DNA of 64,000 bases from an uncultured Planctomycetaceae bacterium (GTDB lineage Bacteria > Planctomycetota > Planctomycetia > Isosphaerales > Isosphaeraceae): contig CAWIAD010000001.1 in the NCBI GenBank assembly GCA_963833985.1, forward strand, positions 2,528,001 to 2,592,000, in the 5' to 3' direction. The notes below the pieces were generated by a model that ran no database searches, was not told where the DNA came from, and saw nothing but the letters and a program-made list of their open reading frames with translations. Position numbers and translations under genes: made by a program. This document shows, in pieces, positions 63,110 through 64,000 of the stretch. How positions within the stretch are numbered: position 1 is the first letter of the stretch; each line of letters opens with the position of its first letter.

Positions 63110-64000
63110 TTAGGCACCGGTCGGCTGGACGGCCTTGGCTGACCGCCTGACGGCCAGCAGGTGCTGGCCCAGGGTCAGGCAGGCCGGGAGCAGGACCAGG
63201 TTGCCCACCGTGCTCCCGGCCGTGGCGATGGCCACCATCGTGCCGAAGTTCACGAACGGCTCGAACTCGCTGGCCCGCAGCGCCGTGAAGCCGACGGCAA
63301 CGGCCAGGCTGGAGAGGATCACGCCGGGGCCGGAGACCTTGTAGCTCTCGAACAGGCTCTGCAGGAACGCCCGCTTCTTGCGCTGGCGGTGGAACTGCAT
63401 CAGGCAGTGGAAGGTGTCGTCCACGGAGAGGCCCAGCGCCACGCTGGCGACCAGGGCCGTCGCCATATCCAGCTTGATGGCCAGCCAGCCCATGAGGCCG
63501 AGCACCAGGGCCACCGACAGCAGGGTCGGCATGATCGCCAGGACGGCCAGGCTGATGCTGCGGAAGGCCAGCGTGAGCATGATCAAGATCCCCAGGGCGG
63601 ACCAGAAGAACGTCGTCCACTGCGTGGCGATCACGCCCTCGGTGGTGCGAGTCATGAGGTACGACAGCCCGGTCAGGAACGCCGAGGGGCCGAAATCGGC
63701 CTGGGCACGGGCCTCGGCCTCGCGAAAGATGCGGGTCTTCGTCGGCGCGGGCTGCTGCTCGAGCATCCGCACGAGGATACGGGCCGCCCCGGTCTCGGAG
63801 TTCCAGAACGTCCGCAGAAGCTGGGCCTGTGGGGAAAGGTTGATCAGTTCCAGCTTGTTGCGGAGGATCCGCTCCTGGGCCTCGACCGGCAGCGCCGCAA
63901 GGCGCCCTTCGGGGTCAAGCACCGTGGCCAGCGAGAGAACCTGCGCGATGGAGCGTGGGTCTTCCAGCGGGATGGTCTTGATCTGCTGCTCCACGTGGGT
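63110..64000 (-). CDS. MMPL/RND-family transporter, C-terminal part (runs off the window)
   Basis: LTLAFRS..AIMP, ASVALGLSVDDTFH, SEFEPFVNFG, NLVLLPA. Confidence 0.9.
   Translation of the reverse strand, partial: THVEQQIKTIPLEDPRSIAQVLSLATVLDPEGRLAALPVEAQERILRNKLELINLSPQAQLLRTFWNSETGAARILVRMLEQQPAPTKTRIFREAEARAQADFGPSAFLTGLSYLMTRTTEGVIATQWTTFFWSALGILIMLTLAFRSISLAVLAIMPTLLSVALVLGLMGWLAIKLDMATALVASVALGLSVDDTFHCLMQFHRQRKKRAFLQSLFESYKVSGPGVILSSLAVAVGFTALRASEFEPFVNFGTMVAIATAGSTVGNLVLLPACLTLGQHLLAVRRSAKAVQPTGA

Noticed and set aside
61980..63620. 546-aa ORF as listed
   Set aside because: The first 185 codons overlap the MMPL gene in another frame. The plausible start is 63065.

Overview
High-GC chromosomal window, most consistent with a planctomycete, probably Isosphaeraceae-like. 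This is an inference from a LEPRxxL-motif protein, a DUF2617-like gene, Tat-exported Gfo/Idh/MocA proteins, a VCBS protein and the LptF/G style. Most of the window is housekeeping: cax, trxA, trpF, rnc, rny-ymdB, plsC-ACP, fabF, ubiB-like kinase, lptF/lptG, dnaG-rpoD, htrA, nagA, pyrG, mgtE and pckG. I found no transposase, integrase, cas gene, rRNA or tRNA. At least 10 single-base indels break 8 otherwise intact genes, which is best explained as sequencing or assembly error. The most unusual elements are: (1) a MotA/TolQ/ExbB-family protein with a long helical tail, next to an atypical partner (N-terminal TM lacking the canonical in-helix Asp, an Ig-like domain and 2 more TMs) and a VCBS protein; (2) a 68-bp purine/pyrimidine-skewed tandem array with inverted copies between convergent genes; (3) an HdeD-like membrane domain fused to an LRAT/NC papain-like domain, translationally coupled to an esterase; (4) a promoter-bearing structured intergenic RNA candidate, possibly 6S RNA, upstream of rny; (5) a decayed STAND-type NTPase fragment. 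All product calls come from motif recognition by eye; no searches were run.
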